From NCBI GenBank assembly GCA_028534125.1, contig CM052817.1:45014001-45078000 (forward strand): a stretch of DNA of 64,000 nucleotides, written 5' to 3'. The notes under the pieces were generated by a model, which saw nothing but the letters and a program-made list of their open reading frames with translations, was not told where the DNA came from and did not search any database. Numbering within the stretch: position 1 is the stretch's first letter; every line of letters starts with the position of its first letter. A program made the translations under genes and the position numbers. This stretch comes from Lama glama (Eukaryota). Positions 1 to 12,187 of this stretch are shown here, in pieces.

Positions 1-1339
1 TCATATTAGTGTCCTAGAATGATCATAATAAAAGTGTGATGAATGAAATAAATGAATGATAAACAGTAAATGAAGAACATAGATTTTTTTCTTATAAAGT
101 TACTTAGAAAAGCAATCTTACTGTAAATCATTTTAAGTAAACAGGGATATTTTAAACAAAAATATTTTCTTCCTTTTCAGGATAACTTTTTTCCAAGTTA
201 GGCAGCAGTTTCTTAATAACTATGGTTATATTTTATCAGGCTATAAGCTGAGTTGCCAAAGGACACAGAGCAAAAATGTTGTGTTACTGCCAGCATTCAG
301 CTGCAGCTGTCCTTTAAAGTATGTAGTGATATTCTCTCTCAGGACAGTTTATTCACAGACTTAATCCAGTCGGTAAACTTTAGATAAAAAAAATTTAAAC
401 CAGGACGCCAGATACTAAGATCAATAAAGGAAGAACTTGTTCCTTTCTCTTTGTTACCTGAGATGCAGGCAGGACATGAAATTGCCCACCCACCACAAAC
501 ATGATGTGCTTGCAGACAGCTTCCCATGCCATATTTTGGAAGGAAGGAACGACTCCCTGCATGGGGAGAAAAAGGGAAAGAAGAAAATTCAGAATGCTAA
601 ATAGGGGCTTCTGAGACTTTCAAGAAATAAACCCTTTTCAAGTCAGTATCCTCTAATATTAGCAATAGCTGTTGAGAGGAGGGGAAGTCCACACTGCAAG
701 AAACTCAAAACAGGTCTGGGGTTTTCACTACGAGGGAAACTTCCCCTTTCAAAGTAAAAGGGAAGACTCAGATTTTCACTGCAGCAGGGTCACGCTGTGT
801 ACATAATTGAACCGACTGCACTGGCTCCACAACCAAACAGACGGAAGGAGGAGGCGGGCAAGCACATGTGAAAACAGAACCTCCGCTCTGCTCAGGAGGG
901 TGACTTCAGCATTTGGTTCTTCAAGGACAGGAAGTGGGATTTTTCTCAAGGCAAATGAGGTTAAAACTTCATCCAAAGGGAACTGGGAATGATCTGTTGT
1001 TTTTAACAGGGCTGATAATCCTTGGCTCCCTTCCGAGGGCTGTGAGAACTGCCTGCAATGTCCTCTCCCTGGGTTTCTGTTTCTCCTAAAAGCCCTATCT
1101 AGCCATAAACGCCACTTCAGTGGGATTTTTAGTCAGAAACGTGTTTCCTGTCAGAATTTTCGGGGCAACTTCCCAAAGGAGGCCAGGGAAACGAGTGATG
1201 AGCAGGCCTAACCTGAGGGCGGCGGGCCCAGCCCTCCTGCGCACAGACAGGCCAAACCTGTTCCACGCGGAGCGGTCCCATCACTTGGCACAGCCTCCGT
1301 CCCGCTAGTAACCAGAGAAAGTTCTCCACTTGCCCATTA

Positions 1340-1340
<1 letters not shown>

Positions 1341-1397
<57 letters not shown>
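1341..1397. repeat. (AAC)19 perfect trinucleotide microsatellite
   Basis: Uninterrupted aac repeats read directly; source of the poly-Cys stretch in the 1129..1848 ORF. Confidence 0.97.
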
Positions 1398-1399
<2 letters not shown>

Positions 1400-1449
1400 A
1401 AACCACTCAGGCCTCGAGAGACTCGTAACAGACCCCAACTGCTCCTTCC

Positions 1450-2000
1450 TCTTGCCCAGACCTTTGTGTCAGTCACCGCAGCCCAAGGCCGAGCCACCGT
1501 CCTAAGCCTCGCGGAGCGGCCTCCGCCCAGGTGACCAGGCCCTTCTGAGGCCATGGCGCCCACAGGCCTCAGCCCAAGCCTTGCGCGGACACTGCAAGCC
1601 GGGGCCCGCTTGCGGCGTTCCACGGGAAGCGCGGCCTCCTTCATCCTGTGAGACCGGTGTGGGGACATGCAGGAGCAGAGGGGAGAGATCCCGAGGCGCA
1701 CAACCATTACCTTTACCCGCGACGAGCTTCTCGGCCGGATCAGCGCAGGCAGCAGAGACAACCCAGCAGAGGAACGAACCGTGCGAGCTGCTCTAGCTCC
1801 GACTACCGCTTCCCCACTGAAAGTTCTGGAAGCAGGCTGGTTGGGCATGCGCAGTGCGCGCGCCCCGAAGAGCCCGGTAGCGCCTCGCAGGCGCAGTGCG
1901 GAGCCAGGCCCAGAAGCTTCGTTCCCTGGCTTCTTCCCTCATTCCTGCGCGCGTGATGACTGAGCGCCTGCTGGGTGCTCAGCGCTGCGTTCAGTCGTGG
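1450..2000 (-). promoter_or_regulatory. ART3: CpG-island promoter with NRF1-like motifs; probable distal ART3 promoter and non-coding first exon
   Basis: GC/CpG-rich; gcatgcgcagtgcgcgcg at ~1845-1862 and cgcaggcgca at 1886-1895; minus-strand donor AAG|GTAATG at 1711/1710. Lies ~3 kb upstream of and divergent from CXCL9, as the human distal ART3 start does. The gene name rests on synteny only; no ART3 coding exon is in the window. Confidence 0.5.
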
Positions 2001-2542
2001 ACCCTCTCAAGCCTTCCTTGCTCTAGTGGCAGAAGAGATGTTAACCGTAATATTGCAAATAACATAACGTTGTCTAATGAGGACAGGTGGGCGGTGCCAT
2101 GAGAACACAGCACATGACCAAGTCTGGAGATCAGGGAAGTCTTCCCCGGGGTAAATGCCAACCAGGAAACGTAAGGTGAATATGATTAGATGTTAAGTAG
2201 CAAAGCCGGGACCTCCACCCTACCCATGGTCAGTCATTACCAAAATTAAACATAACCAAATGAATAAGCTGTGTCAAAGGTTACCACACATTTTCTTCAA
2301 AAAAAAATTCATGATACTGTATTTAAGCATTAATAATTCATCTAGAAGCCAATCCAAAAATATACAACATGTAATAGACAATGCTAGTATCTGCTACAGC
2401 ATGCATTCTCAATGGGGGGGGGTGTCCTCAAAGGGACAAAAATTGGTTCTTGGAGGGCCAAAAAAATCTTAGATATTACAGTGACTTGTGGACTACCAAA
2501 GTTCAACCCTGTCCAACAAATTTTATTTCTTTTAATTGTCTC

Positions 2543-2679
2543 TTTTTTTTTTTTTGGCAGTGGGAAGGGGAGGTAACAAGATTTGTTTGTTTGTTTGTTT
2601 AGGAGGAGGTACTGGGGATTGAACCCAGGACCTTGTGGATGCTAAGCATGCACTCTACCACTTGAGCCATACCTTCCCC
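2543..2679 (-). mobile_element. tRNA-derived SINE (camelid vic-1-like), long-tail form
   Basis: Reverse complement has A-box-like gctcaagtggtagag and B-box gggttcaatccc; flanking direct repeat caacaaat(t/c)ttatttct at 2514-2530 and 2682-2698. Confidence 0.85.
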
Positions 2680-2875
2680 CTCAACAAATCTTATTTCTCA
2701 ATATTTTATTTTTCTCTTTAGGGAGAAATTAAATTTAATTTAGATTTATGTTACTTTAAATTTGATTAAGTTTATCTCAGGAAAGGCAATTGTGAAAAAA
2801 AAGTTGAGAAAAATTATTCTACAGTAATGAAACCTCTAAATTTTAGTGGATCAACCATAATAAAGATCACATACT

Positions 2876-3212
2876 TAACTTTCCCTGCAGCTAGTTGTGG
2901 CCATATGAATAAATTCTGGCCCATGGGAGGTGATGAAAGGTGATAGGAGGAAAATGAGAGAAACGCCCTTTTTTTTGCCTTCCCACCACTCTACTTGGAA
3001 AGTGCACATGGCGGCAAGCCCCCTTTGGCCATGTGCATGAGGGAAGCAATGAAGAGATGGTGATAAAGCAACAAGATAGAAGGAGACTGGGAGACTTAGT
3101 GGAGATCTCAGAACCACTATAAAAGCCCTAGTCCACCTGTCTCTGTCAGGGAGAAATACACTTTTCTGTCTAGTTATCCACTATTAATTTGGATTTTTGT
3201 TACACGCAGCTG
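2876..3212 (+). mobile_element. MaLR LTR (MLT1-like) fragment
   Basis: MLT1-type motifs gcagctagttgtggccatatg...ttctggcc and terminal tttgttacacgcagctga. Confidence 0.55.
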
Positions 3213-3217
3213 ATCAC

Positions 3218-4245
3218 TTTTTTTTAATTTTATTGTGTTAAAAAAATATGTAGCATCAAATTTACCATGTTAACCATCACTAAGTGTATAGTTCAGTAGT
3301 GTTCAGTATATTCACTTTGTTGTACAATGGATGTCTAGAACTTTTTCATTTGCAACACTCAAGCCCTATATCCACTAAAGATTAATTTCACCTCACCCTT
3401 TCCCCAATCTCTTGGCAACCACCTTTCTACTTCCTAAGATTTGACTTTAGAAATCATAAATCCTATGATTATTTGTTCTCTTGTGATTTATTTTGCTGAG
3501 CATAATATTCTCAAGGCTCATCCATGCTGTAGCACATGACAAGATTCCCTTCTTTTTTAAGGATGCATAATATTACATTGCATACATGTATCTTATTTTC
3601 TTTATCCATTCATCTGTCAATGGACATTTGGGTTGCTTCAATTCTTAGCTATTGTGAATAATGCTGTGATGAACGTGGGTGTGCAAATATCTCTTTGAGA
3701 TCCTGCTTTGAATTCTTTTGAACATATCCCCAGAAGTGGGATTGTTGGATTCCATGGTAATTCTGTTTTTAATTTTTTGAGGAACTTCTAATTTTCTCAG
3801 GAGCTTCTATATTGTTTTCCATAATGGCTGTATCATTTTATATTCGCACCAACAATGCACAACGTTTCCAACTTTTCTACATCCTCCCCAACACTTGTCA
3901 TTTTCTGTCTTTGGTTGTGTCATTGTGGTGCGTATGTGGTGATATCTCATTGTGATTTTGGTTTGCATTTCCCTAACGATTAGTGATGTTGAGCTTTTTT
4001 CATGTGCTTATTGGCCATTTGTATATCTCCTTTAGAGAAATGTCTGTTCAAGTCTGCCCAATTTTTTTTAAATCGAGTTATTTGGGTTTTGTTGTTGTAG
4101 AAGTTCCATATATATAAACTCCTTTTCAGATCTGTGATTTGCAGTTATTTTTCTCCCATTCCATAGGTTGCTTTTTCACTCTGTTGATTGTTGTCTTTGA
4201 TACATAGAAGTTTTTAAGTTTGATGTAGCACTAATTGTCTATTTT
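3218..4245 (-). mobile_element. LINE-1 3' fragment (old L1M)
   Basis: T-rich start then antisense L1 3'UTR/ORF2-end motifs: tttatccattcatctgtcaatggacatttgggttg, cccagaagtgggattgttgg, ttgcatttccctaacgattagtgatgttgagc. Confidence 0.85.
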
Positions 4246-4695
4246 CAACTAATTTCAACTAATAATTTCTCTTATTCTAACTAATCTAATCATATGCAAA
4301 ATAAGCTGTAGTAGCAATGACATAAAAAACAAAATGAGTTTACCACAGTAGAAAATGATCTAGTCCCTGAGTTAAGTCCCTTTTAATGTATTTTGATTGT
4401 TTAAGATTGTTGTGTAGACAATATAAGAAAAAATAAATAAATGTAGCTATATAGTATATATAGGATAATCTAAGTATAGTAAAAACAAATTAAAGAATGT
4501 ATTATTTATCTGAACTTTGGTATTTCCCATCTGGAAACCACATCTCCAACAAGAGTTGGAGATGTATAAAATGTACACAATGTATACAATGTATGCAATG
4601 ACAATGACATACATCTCCAACTCTTGTCATTGTATAACTTATTCTTCATCCAGGTGAGCAGCTGTGAGTGTGCTAATGGCTGCCAGTGATAGTGA

Positions 4696-4881
4696 TTTCA
4701 CATCCCTTATTTTAAATTACCCATTTATGTGAAATGGAAAGAGATAATGCATGCAGAAATTCCCTTGGATCTAAGAGTAGGGGTTTCCCCCAGCACAATT
4801 AAGTTTGTGGTTAGTTTAGCTGGATCAGCTAAGAATATCAGCCAATCAGAGTTTAGGAGGAAAACAGATTTCCTAAATAAA
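4696..4881 (+). promoter_or_regulatory. CXCL9: CXCL9 proximal promoter: gammaRE-1 (STAT1) element, two NF-kB sites, CCAAT, TATA-like box
   Basis: tttcacatcccttattttaaattacccatttatgtgaaa at 4696-4734 resembles Mig gammaRE-1; agaaattccc 4755-4764; ggggtttccc 4780-4789; gccaatc 4841-4847; taaataaa 4874-4881. Confidence 0.85.
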
Positions 4882-4959
4882 TATGATTTCTAAGAGCATG
4901 TTCTCCAAAGAATTTCTCAGGCTTGAAATCCAATACAGGAGTGATTCCATTCTACCACT

Positions 4960-7900
4960 ATGAAGAAAAGTGGTGTTCCTCTCCTTTTGAGTATCATCTT
5001 CCTGACTCTGACTGGAGTTCAAGGTAAGGGATTCTGAGTTATTTTAGGTTAGTAAAGTTAGAGATGTGAGTTCCTGTAAAAGCCTCTTGATTTGCCCAAT
5101 AAAGGTGGTTGCTTTGCATGCATCAGGAAGTATGTAAATCACCTGTGGTTGATTACCCAGTTCATATCTTGGACCTACCAAATCAAACACAAGTCTAGGT
5201 GTGTGAATTCCTAGCATGTAGTAAGGCTTCAATAAATGTTTGCTGAACTGGCTGATAATGAGTTGGAAGACTTTGTCTCCTAAGTTATTTTTGTCACACT
5301 GATAGTGTTTCTTGATAAGTATATCTGTGGTTAACCAATTAAGGATCCAATAATCAGAGAGCTTGTCCCTAATCTGCTTACTAACTGCCTTTGTTATTTG
5401 GGGCAAATTAGTGAACTTTTCTAGACTTCCATTTCCTCAGCTATAAAATGTAGATTTTATAGTTATGCTTTTTCTACCTACTATACAATGTGTGGCGTAT
5501 AGTAAACACTGAGTAAATATATGTTGAATAAATAAAAGAATTAAGAAATGAATATAGTGTATTTTAAAGAGTTTTCAAAAGTTAAAAGCACTACTGAAAA
5601 ACAAGGCAGTGGGGAAGATCAGGATGGTGGTGGTAATTAGCTTTTACAAGTGGCACTTCCTGTCGAAACCAACACTAAGTCCATTTCACTGTCAGAAAGA
5701 AAAAATGATTTGGGAAGTTGCTTGAGAAACTATGGTCTGCATGACACAGATGAATTAGCTATCTGTGTCTGACCTGTGTTAGGCATTTATTGAATATTAT
5801 GAAGATGTCTTTTCCTAAGTTTGTAAGATATGGTAGTGAAGAGTAATGCCTTTGGACTCAAAAGAGACCTGAACTGAGACCCTGCACCTGTACCCTAAAG
5901 GTTGAAAGGCTTTGTTCTTTATTTAACTTCTCTGAACCTTAGCTTCATTATCTATAAAATGGTGATAACACCTACATCAAAATTTTGTGGTGATGATTAA
6001 TAGAAGTCAGTAAATGATAGTATAATCGTGACTAAGTCAAATGTTTCATTTTGATGGATCAGCTAAATTGAGGCATTGGTGTAAACCAATGTTTTCTACT
6101 CCTCCTTTTTCCTTTAGGAGCCCTAGTAATGAGGAGTAGACGCTGTTCCTGCATCAGCACCAGCCAAGGGGTGATCCATTCAAAATCCTTAAAGGACCTT
6201 AAACAGTTTGCCCCAAGTCCTTCTTGTGAAAAAACTGAAATCATGTAAGTAAAAACTCATCCAACACGCAATCTCCAGCGTTAAATTTAGTGTGAATTTT
6301 ACCCTTGGAATGCTTGCCCAGTCAGACACTTAAAATGCAGATGATTTGCCCCTTCATAAATCTGGTCTACTTCTTTCTTTTCTTCTAAAAAACAAAGAAT
6401 TTCTGTTAGAAATTAGGAACCAAGGATGATATATTATCAAAGTATTAGATGTTCACTGTAGAAATGTTTAATGCAGCTAACCCAAAAGAAGAAAATAAAA
6501 ATCATTTGTAATCCTGCTATCCAGTGATAAATACTGTTAATCCCATGGTATACAGTTTTCTAAATCTTCATTTGCTTTGTGTATACAAATATAGACACAC
6601 ACATATATATATGCACATAAAAATAAAATCATACACTACATACTGTTTTTTAATCTGCTTTTTCATTAACATCATATCATGAATGTTTCCTCATGTCAAT
6701 AAATCTTCTGCAATAATAGCATTTCTTCTAATGTCATTTTTAATGGCCAAATTGTATTCTATCATATGGATGTACCATAATCTATATGACCAATGCCTAA
6801 ATGTAGGTTATTTACATTTTTTTTTGCTATTGAAGTCAAACTATTATTGTGGCAATATTGTCTTTAATTCTTTCCTATTAGTAATACCTTTCTAGAGATT
6901 CAAATTGCTAGGTTAAAGAATATGCATATTTTAAAACCTTTTGAAATCTAAATCAAGGGTGATGTATAGAATGGCTACTCTTAGATTAAACAGAAAAACT
7001 AAAGAAAAAAGTCTTTAAACTATTCCTGGAGAGTCTGATATAAGTAATTTAAAAACTTCAACCAGTCTGTTAATCTTGTCTTAGGAAAACATTTTATTAT
7101 GTTTTAAGTAGTTTCATTAGAAAATTTAGCAAATCTCATGCTGATTTTCATTGTTTCTGGGAAAAAAAAGTCGATATATTGACAACTGTTTTATTTTGTG
7201 TTTTCCTTTAAATGTAAATAGCTATTTCCAGCACAACAGAACCAATATTATCTTTAGATATAAATTTCTCTCATTGCATATACCTGCTGGATTTTTAAAA
7301 TTTAGGGTTATGTGCTATCCTACAAATGTATCTAAGTCCCCTAAATCACTTAGGAAATGGAAAAGCAGGGAAAAAACTGGAAGTCTCAGACACTTATAGT
7401 GATAACACAAATACATTTTAAATGGGGAGTTGAATTCTGTGAGTACGATGAAGCATTTAAATTATTAAAAGTAAAAAAGAAAAAATCTTGTCGCTATTTC
7501 CTTGGCAGTGCTACAATGAGGAATGGAGATCAAACATGTCTAAACCCAGATTCAGCAGATGTGAAGGAACTGATCAAAGAGTGGGAGAAACAGGTTGGTG
7601 AAAAAGAGGAACAAAATTTTCTCTCCTTTAGAAAGTAACTTTGGAACAAAGTTACAAAGAATTATATAATTCCTTTAGGGATACATTTTTCATTCATGTG
7701 ATTGTCCTCCTATTTTGTTCCTAAAATGATGTCATCACCTTGAGGTACAACTGTATTCCAGCTTACAGTGTCATGCGTCTGTCTCTGCCCCTGGAAGATG
7801 TGTTCCGCGAGGGCAGGGAGCTTGTCTTTCTTACCCGATACAGTAAATGTGTATTGAATTGGATGGTAGACACTGAGAATGGGAAGGTAATAAAATAAAT

Positions 7901-8836
7901 CCTCTTCCTGCTGTAGCAAATATGCTAACAATTATAGTACAATGTGAGAAATATAAAATAAATAAATAAATAAATAAATAAATAAAATAAAGCAATGTAC
8001 AGGAATCTTGAAGATAATAGAAGGGGGAGTAATTGACTTTTTGCCAGAGATGGGGACAGAGAGAAAGTGTTAAGGAAGACTTTTCATATCAGGTGACATC
8101 TGATTTGGGTTTTGAAGGATAATTAGTTCACTAGGAGGGTGAGGGCAGCATGAGAAAGATTAGAATCATGTGACAGCTTGCTGTGCTCAGGGAGCCTCAA
8201 GTACATGGCTCGAGTTTATGTGTAGAGTGTCGGAAGGGACTGAGGTAGAAAAGCAGACCAGGACAAAGGGGAAAGAATCCTGTATGATCTGCTAAGGAGG
8301 TAAGTTTGAAGAGGGCCACAGAATATGCAGTTAGGTGCTTGGCGTCTGGAGTCTGACGGGCTAGCGGCTCTGCCACACTCTAGCTGTGCAACTCTGGGCA
8401 AGTCACCCTCCACAAGCCTGCCTCCTTGTCTGTAAAGAGTGGGTGATAATAGTACCAGCCTCAGAAGGCTGTAGCTGCGAGAGGTTGGTTGCAAGCAAAG
8501 TTGGAGCCCAGAGAATGGACAAGAGAAGACCAGTTAGAGGGCTGTTTCCTCCTCATCAGAGCGAGTGAAGTAGAGAGCATCAAAAGGAGTCCCTTAGAGA
8601 GTGAAGTAATTTTAAACTGGTTTTGAGGATAAAGAAAGACCACAGTCTGCTCTGGAGAGTCCAGATATAATATAAGGAAGGAAAAATGGTAAAATAGAGA
8701 AACATTACACTTTTCCCCTCCTCTTCTCCAGGTCAGCCAAAAGAAAAAGCAAAAGAAAGGGAAAAAATATCAAAAAAACAAGAAATTTCTGAAAGTTAAA
8801 AAAGCTCAACATCGTCAACAAAGGAAGACTACCTGA
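4960..8836 (+). CDS. CXCL9: C-X-C motif chemokine 9 (MIG), 126 aa, complete. Exons 4960-5023, 6118-6244, 7509-7593, 8732-8836
   Basis: Spliced translation MKKSGVPLLLSIIFLTLTGVQG-ALVMRSRRCSCISTSQGVIHSKSLKDLKQFAPSPSCEKTEIIATMRNGDQTCLNPDSADVKELIKEWEKQVSQKKKQKKGKKYQKNKKFLKVKKAQHRQQRKTT*. All introns GT-AG; four Cys; ELR-negative; long basic C-terminal tail typical of CXCL9. Confidence 0.98.
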
Positions 8837-10932
8837 GCGACTACTTTACCAGCAAGTGTTTTGTGTTAAAAAGGTGCTTTTTTAATTATGCTGAAATAAT
8901 TCCAAAAGAGGATGGCACCTTAATACACAAGCTCGTTGATCTGACTAGAAAATGTAAAGCATTATTATGAAATTGTAATTAAAGCTAGAAAGTTGCTTTT
9001 TAAAATCTACATGTTAAGAATTGTTAGAAGCTATAGTTTGTCCTTGTTCTTCCACCTCAGACCAAATGAATTGCATCATGCTTAAGACCACAGTCTTAGT
9101 AACGCCCACATCTGGATTCACACAGCGACATCCCACACACAACAGCTGCCTTGGAGATTAGCCGTAGGCTTCCCAGGCCACACACTGCAGCCTCCAGAGA
9201 GTATTCTGAGGTGCATGTCAGCAAGCCACAGCCTGGCAGCATGCTCGTAAGCCAAGCAGCTTGGAATCGAGCTGGACCTCACCACGCTGCCATAGCCATC
9301 AGCGTCTGTATTTGAATCAGCCTGTGGGCCTCACAAACAGCGTATCTGAGAGATTCGTGCTGGTTGTTTCTAGGGAATAGCACTTGGCTTTCAGAACCTT
9401 CTGTCTGATTTTGAAGCCATATGACTTCATCTTGCTTGCCCAGTCTGACGCCTTTATTCCTTATCATTCCACTTTGCTTCAGCCAAACCAGTTCCTCACT
9501 CATCCTACCACAACTCAGTGCCTGCCCCCTCTACGACACAGGTCATGCTCTCATTCACCTGAGTCTACTGCTTTCTCACTCTTTCCCCAGCACTCCACAG
9601 AAATGCCTCCTTCTCTTCACTCATCCTCACTTGGTCCAGTCTTCAAGGCTTAATTTAATCCTGCCTCTTAAAGCCTTCTGAATACGTGGATTACCTTAAA
9701 ACTGCTATTTCACTTGTGTTCAGTACCATACAGGTGAGCACTTAATTGTTTTCTAATTATTTTTTGTATGTTTTTCCCTCCAACAAAATTTTCAGTTCCT
9801 TGAGGGCAGGGGCCACAGTGTATTTCCCTGAATCTACCACCCATGCCTAATGTACTGTGAAACTAGGTTTTGAATAATTTCTTAATTGCAGTTTCTACAG
9901 GTAGGAGGGCAATCAGATCATCTCCTTAGAGCAGGATCTGGCTATTTATTAGCTACTCCATATACTCCCTGGTAACATCTTTTAGTCATTATCTTCAGGC
10001 CATTAAAACTTCAGGGACTGAGGGTGATGCAACATCCTTGTCTCATTATGACAGGATGTTAACTTGGCCTCTCCAACAGATAAGAAGGAAATGTTTAAAT
10101 CACTTGGGGATATTCTGAACTGTTTTCATTAAATATACAACATACCTAGAATCATAGAATCTGACAATGAGAAGGGGCTTTAGAGATCACCTAGTGTTTA
10201 GCACCCCCAGTGCAAATATTCCTTTAATACCATTCCTGACAAGCCTCTATGATCTGACAAGTCTTCTATGATCTGACAAGAAAGCCACCAAATCCCTTCT
10301 GAAAACTCATTTTAGGTAAGTATGAATTTCATTGTCTGTTTAGCTTGTTTCAAAGTTTGTAAAGTACTGTGATTATTGATTACCACACCAGCTCTCATGA
10401 AGAAAGCAGGTATTAAGTTACCAAGAACTAGAGGGAGCAGTAGATCCTGTTAGTGGAAGCCTGGTTGGTACCCTGTTAGCCTCTGCAGGGCTTGGAAACC
10501 CTCTTAAAGATGAGGTTCCATGGACTATGTAAGAGAGGATGTCTTTGGCCAGAATTTAAATTTACGCCTATTTCTCAAACTTTGTCGCTCCTTACATTGC
10601 AGAGATTTTCAGTGCTGCCCAGTGGTGATCCCAGTGTCTTATCTAGTCATGAAACTCTTTAGCTCCTTCCGTGTAACTCCCCTGAAAAATCTAAATGTTT
10701 CATAATTTGGGAGTCTGTGATCTACTTACCTTGCATCTCACAGGCAAAGTGGACAGTATATACCCAAAGACCACGTGTTTTGACCAAGTAGCTATGACAT
10801 ATATATACATGACAATCATTTACCATTTATATATACATGTATACTCCCTAAGCAAATAATCATGTTCAAAGCAATATTGGCATATATATCCTGTACTTTG
10901 AAATATTTCCTTTGTTGAAAGACAATGCTATC

Positions 10933-10938
10933 AATAAA
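10933..10938 (+). terminator. CXCL9: Probable CXCL9 polyadenylation signal AATAAA
   Basis: AATAAA ~2.1 kb after the stop, followed by T-rich sequence; consistent with the long CXCL9 3'UTR. Confidence 0.65.
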
Positions 10939-11829
10939 TGGACCATATCAGAAAACAAGTCTTGATTTTTTAATATCTTGAATATGCACTCAACTATTGC
11001 ACATTTAACAGTAATTCCCATGTGTCCTTATTCATTCGTTTTCATCTCATATAAGGTGTAATTGAAAGCCCTTCAAAAGGCTCTTTGAAGAAAGGAAAAA
11101 ACTTCATTGATAACAATGCCTTATAACAACATTGACTTATCAGAGTTACATGAAATGCAATTTATTTCCTAATCCTCAAGAGTAATGCTATTCCAGTAAG
11201 ATATATACCCAGGAGACCAAAAATTATAAATGTTTAAAAGCCTCAAGTAGTTATGGAGACCCAAAAGTAGGATATGTTATTTAAGAGTCCAGGAAAACTT
11301 GGGCTGGAGGTGTTATACAGTGTAGTCTCTCAGAAGGTTGGGAGTAGACAGAGACTATCAGCCTTATACACTCGAGGTACGCTTGAGAGGCCAGACAGGT
11401 GTGATGTTTGGGCAGGTGGCAGCAGCTGATGGTGGATGGACAAGGCCCACAAGGGCCTTAGCCTGAAATATAGCAGGATGCTGTGTAAAGAGCTAAGATT
11501 CTGGGTTCAGAGATATCTAGGTTAAGACCAGAAGCCTACCACTTATTAGCTGTGTGGCCTTGGTTCAAGAATACTTGTAACCTCCCTGTGCGTCAGGTTC
11601 CTCATCCAGGATTGTCATGAAGAACAGGCCCAATGCAGACTTTGGTGCATAGGGAGTACTAAGTGTCAGTCCCAGCCTCCTCTGACCATTTACCTCTGCT
11701 GCACTTTCTTCACGGCAGATGGTTTCACACCTCATAAACAGAGAGATGTTCCCAGGACTGAAAATACAGGTTGGAGAAATGAGACCAAAAGCCCACCTGA
11801 CCAGTTCTCTGTATCTGTATTTTTATACC

Positions 11830-12185
11830 CATAGTCCAGGCCATCATTATCTCTTTCCTAGACTACTTCAGTAGCTTCCTCTTTTCTGTGCTGCTTCTTT
11901 TTCTCAACTTTTCTCTTGCATCCTTACCATTCATGACAGCCAGGATGATCCTTTCAAAGCATAACTCACAGAATAACACCACCTTGCTTAAAATCCTGCA
12001 ATTTAGAATTAAGTCAGACATAGCAAGGCCTACCAAGCCCTTCATGAGTTAGGCTTCGTCTGCTTCCCTGACCACACACCCTCCACCCTCCCCATCACTT
12101 ACAGAGCCTCAGCCTCACCTTCTTTCTAACCCTCAAGCACACTGAGTTCATTTCCTTCTCAGGGCCTTCATATCCACTGTTGCCT
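11830..12185 (+). mobile_element. LINE-2 fragment
   Basis: L2-type motifs ccaggccatcattatctc, gccaggatgatcctttcaaa, cttgcttaaaatcctgcaa, ctcagggccttca. Confidence 0.6.
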
Positions 12186-12187
12186 GC

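Noticed and set aside
1129..1848. 239-aa minus-strand ORF with a 19-Cys tract
   Set aside because: Explained by stop-poor CpG-island sequence plus the (AAC)n microsatellite; it crosses the candidate splice donor and resembles no protein I recognise
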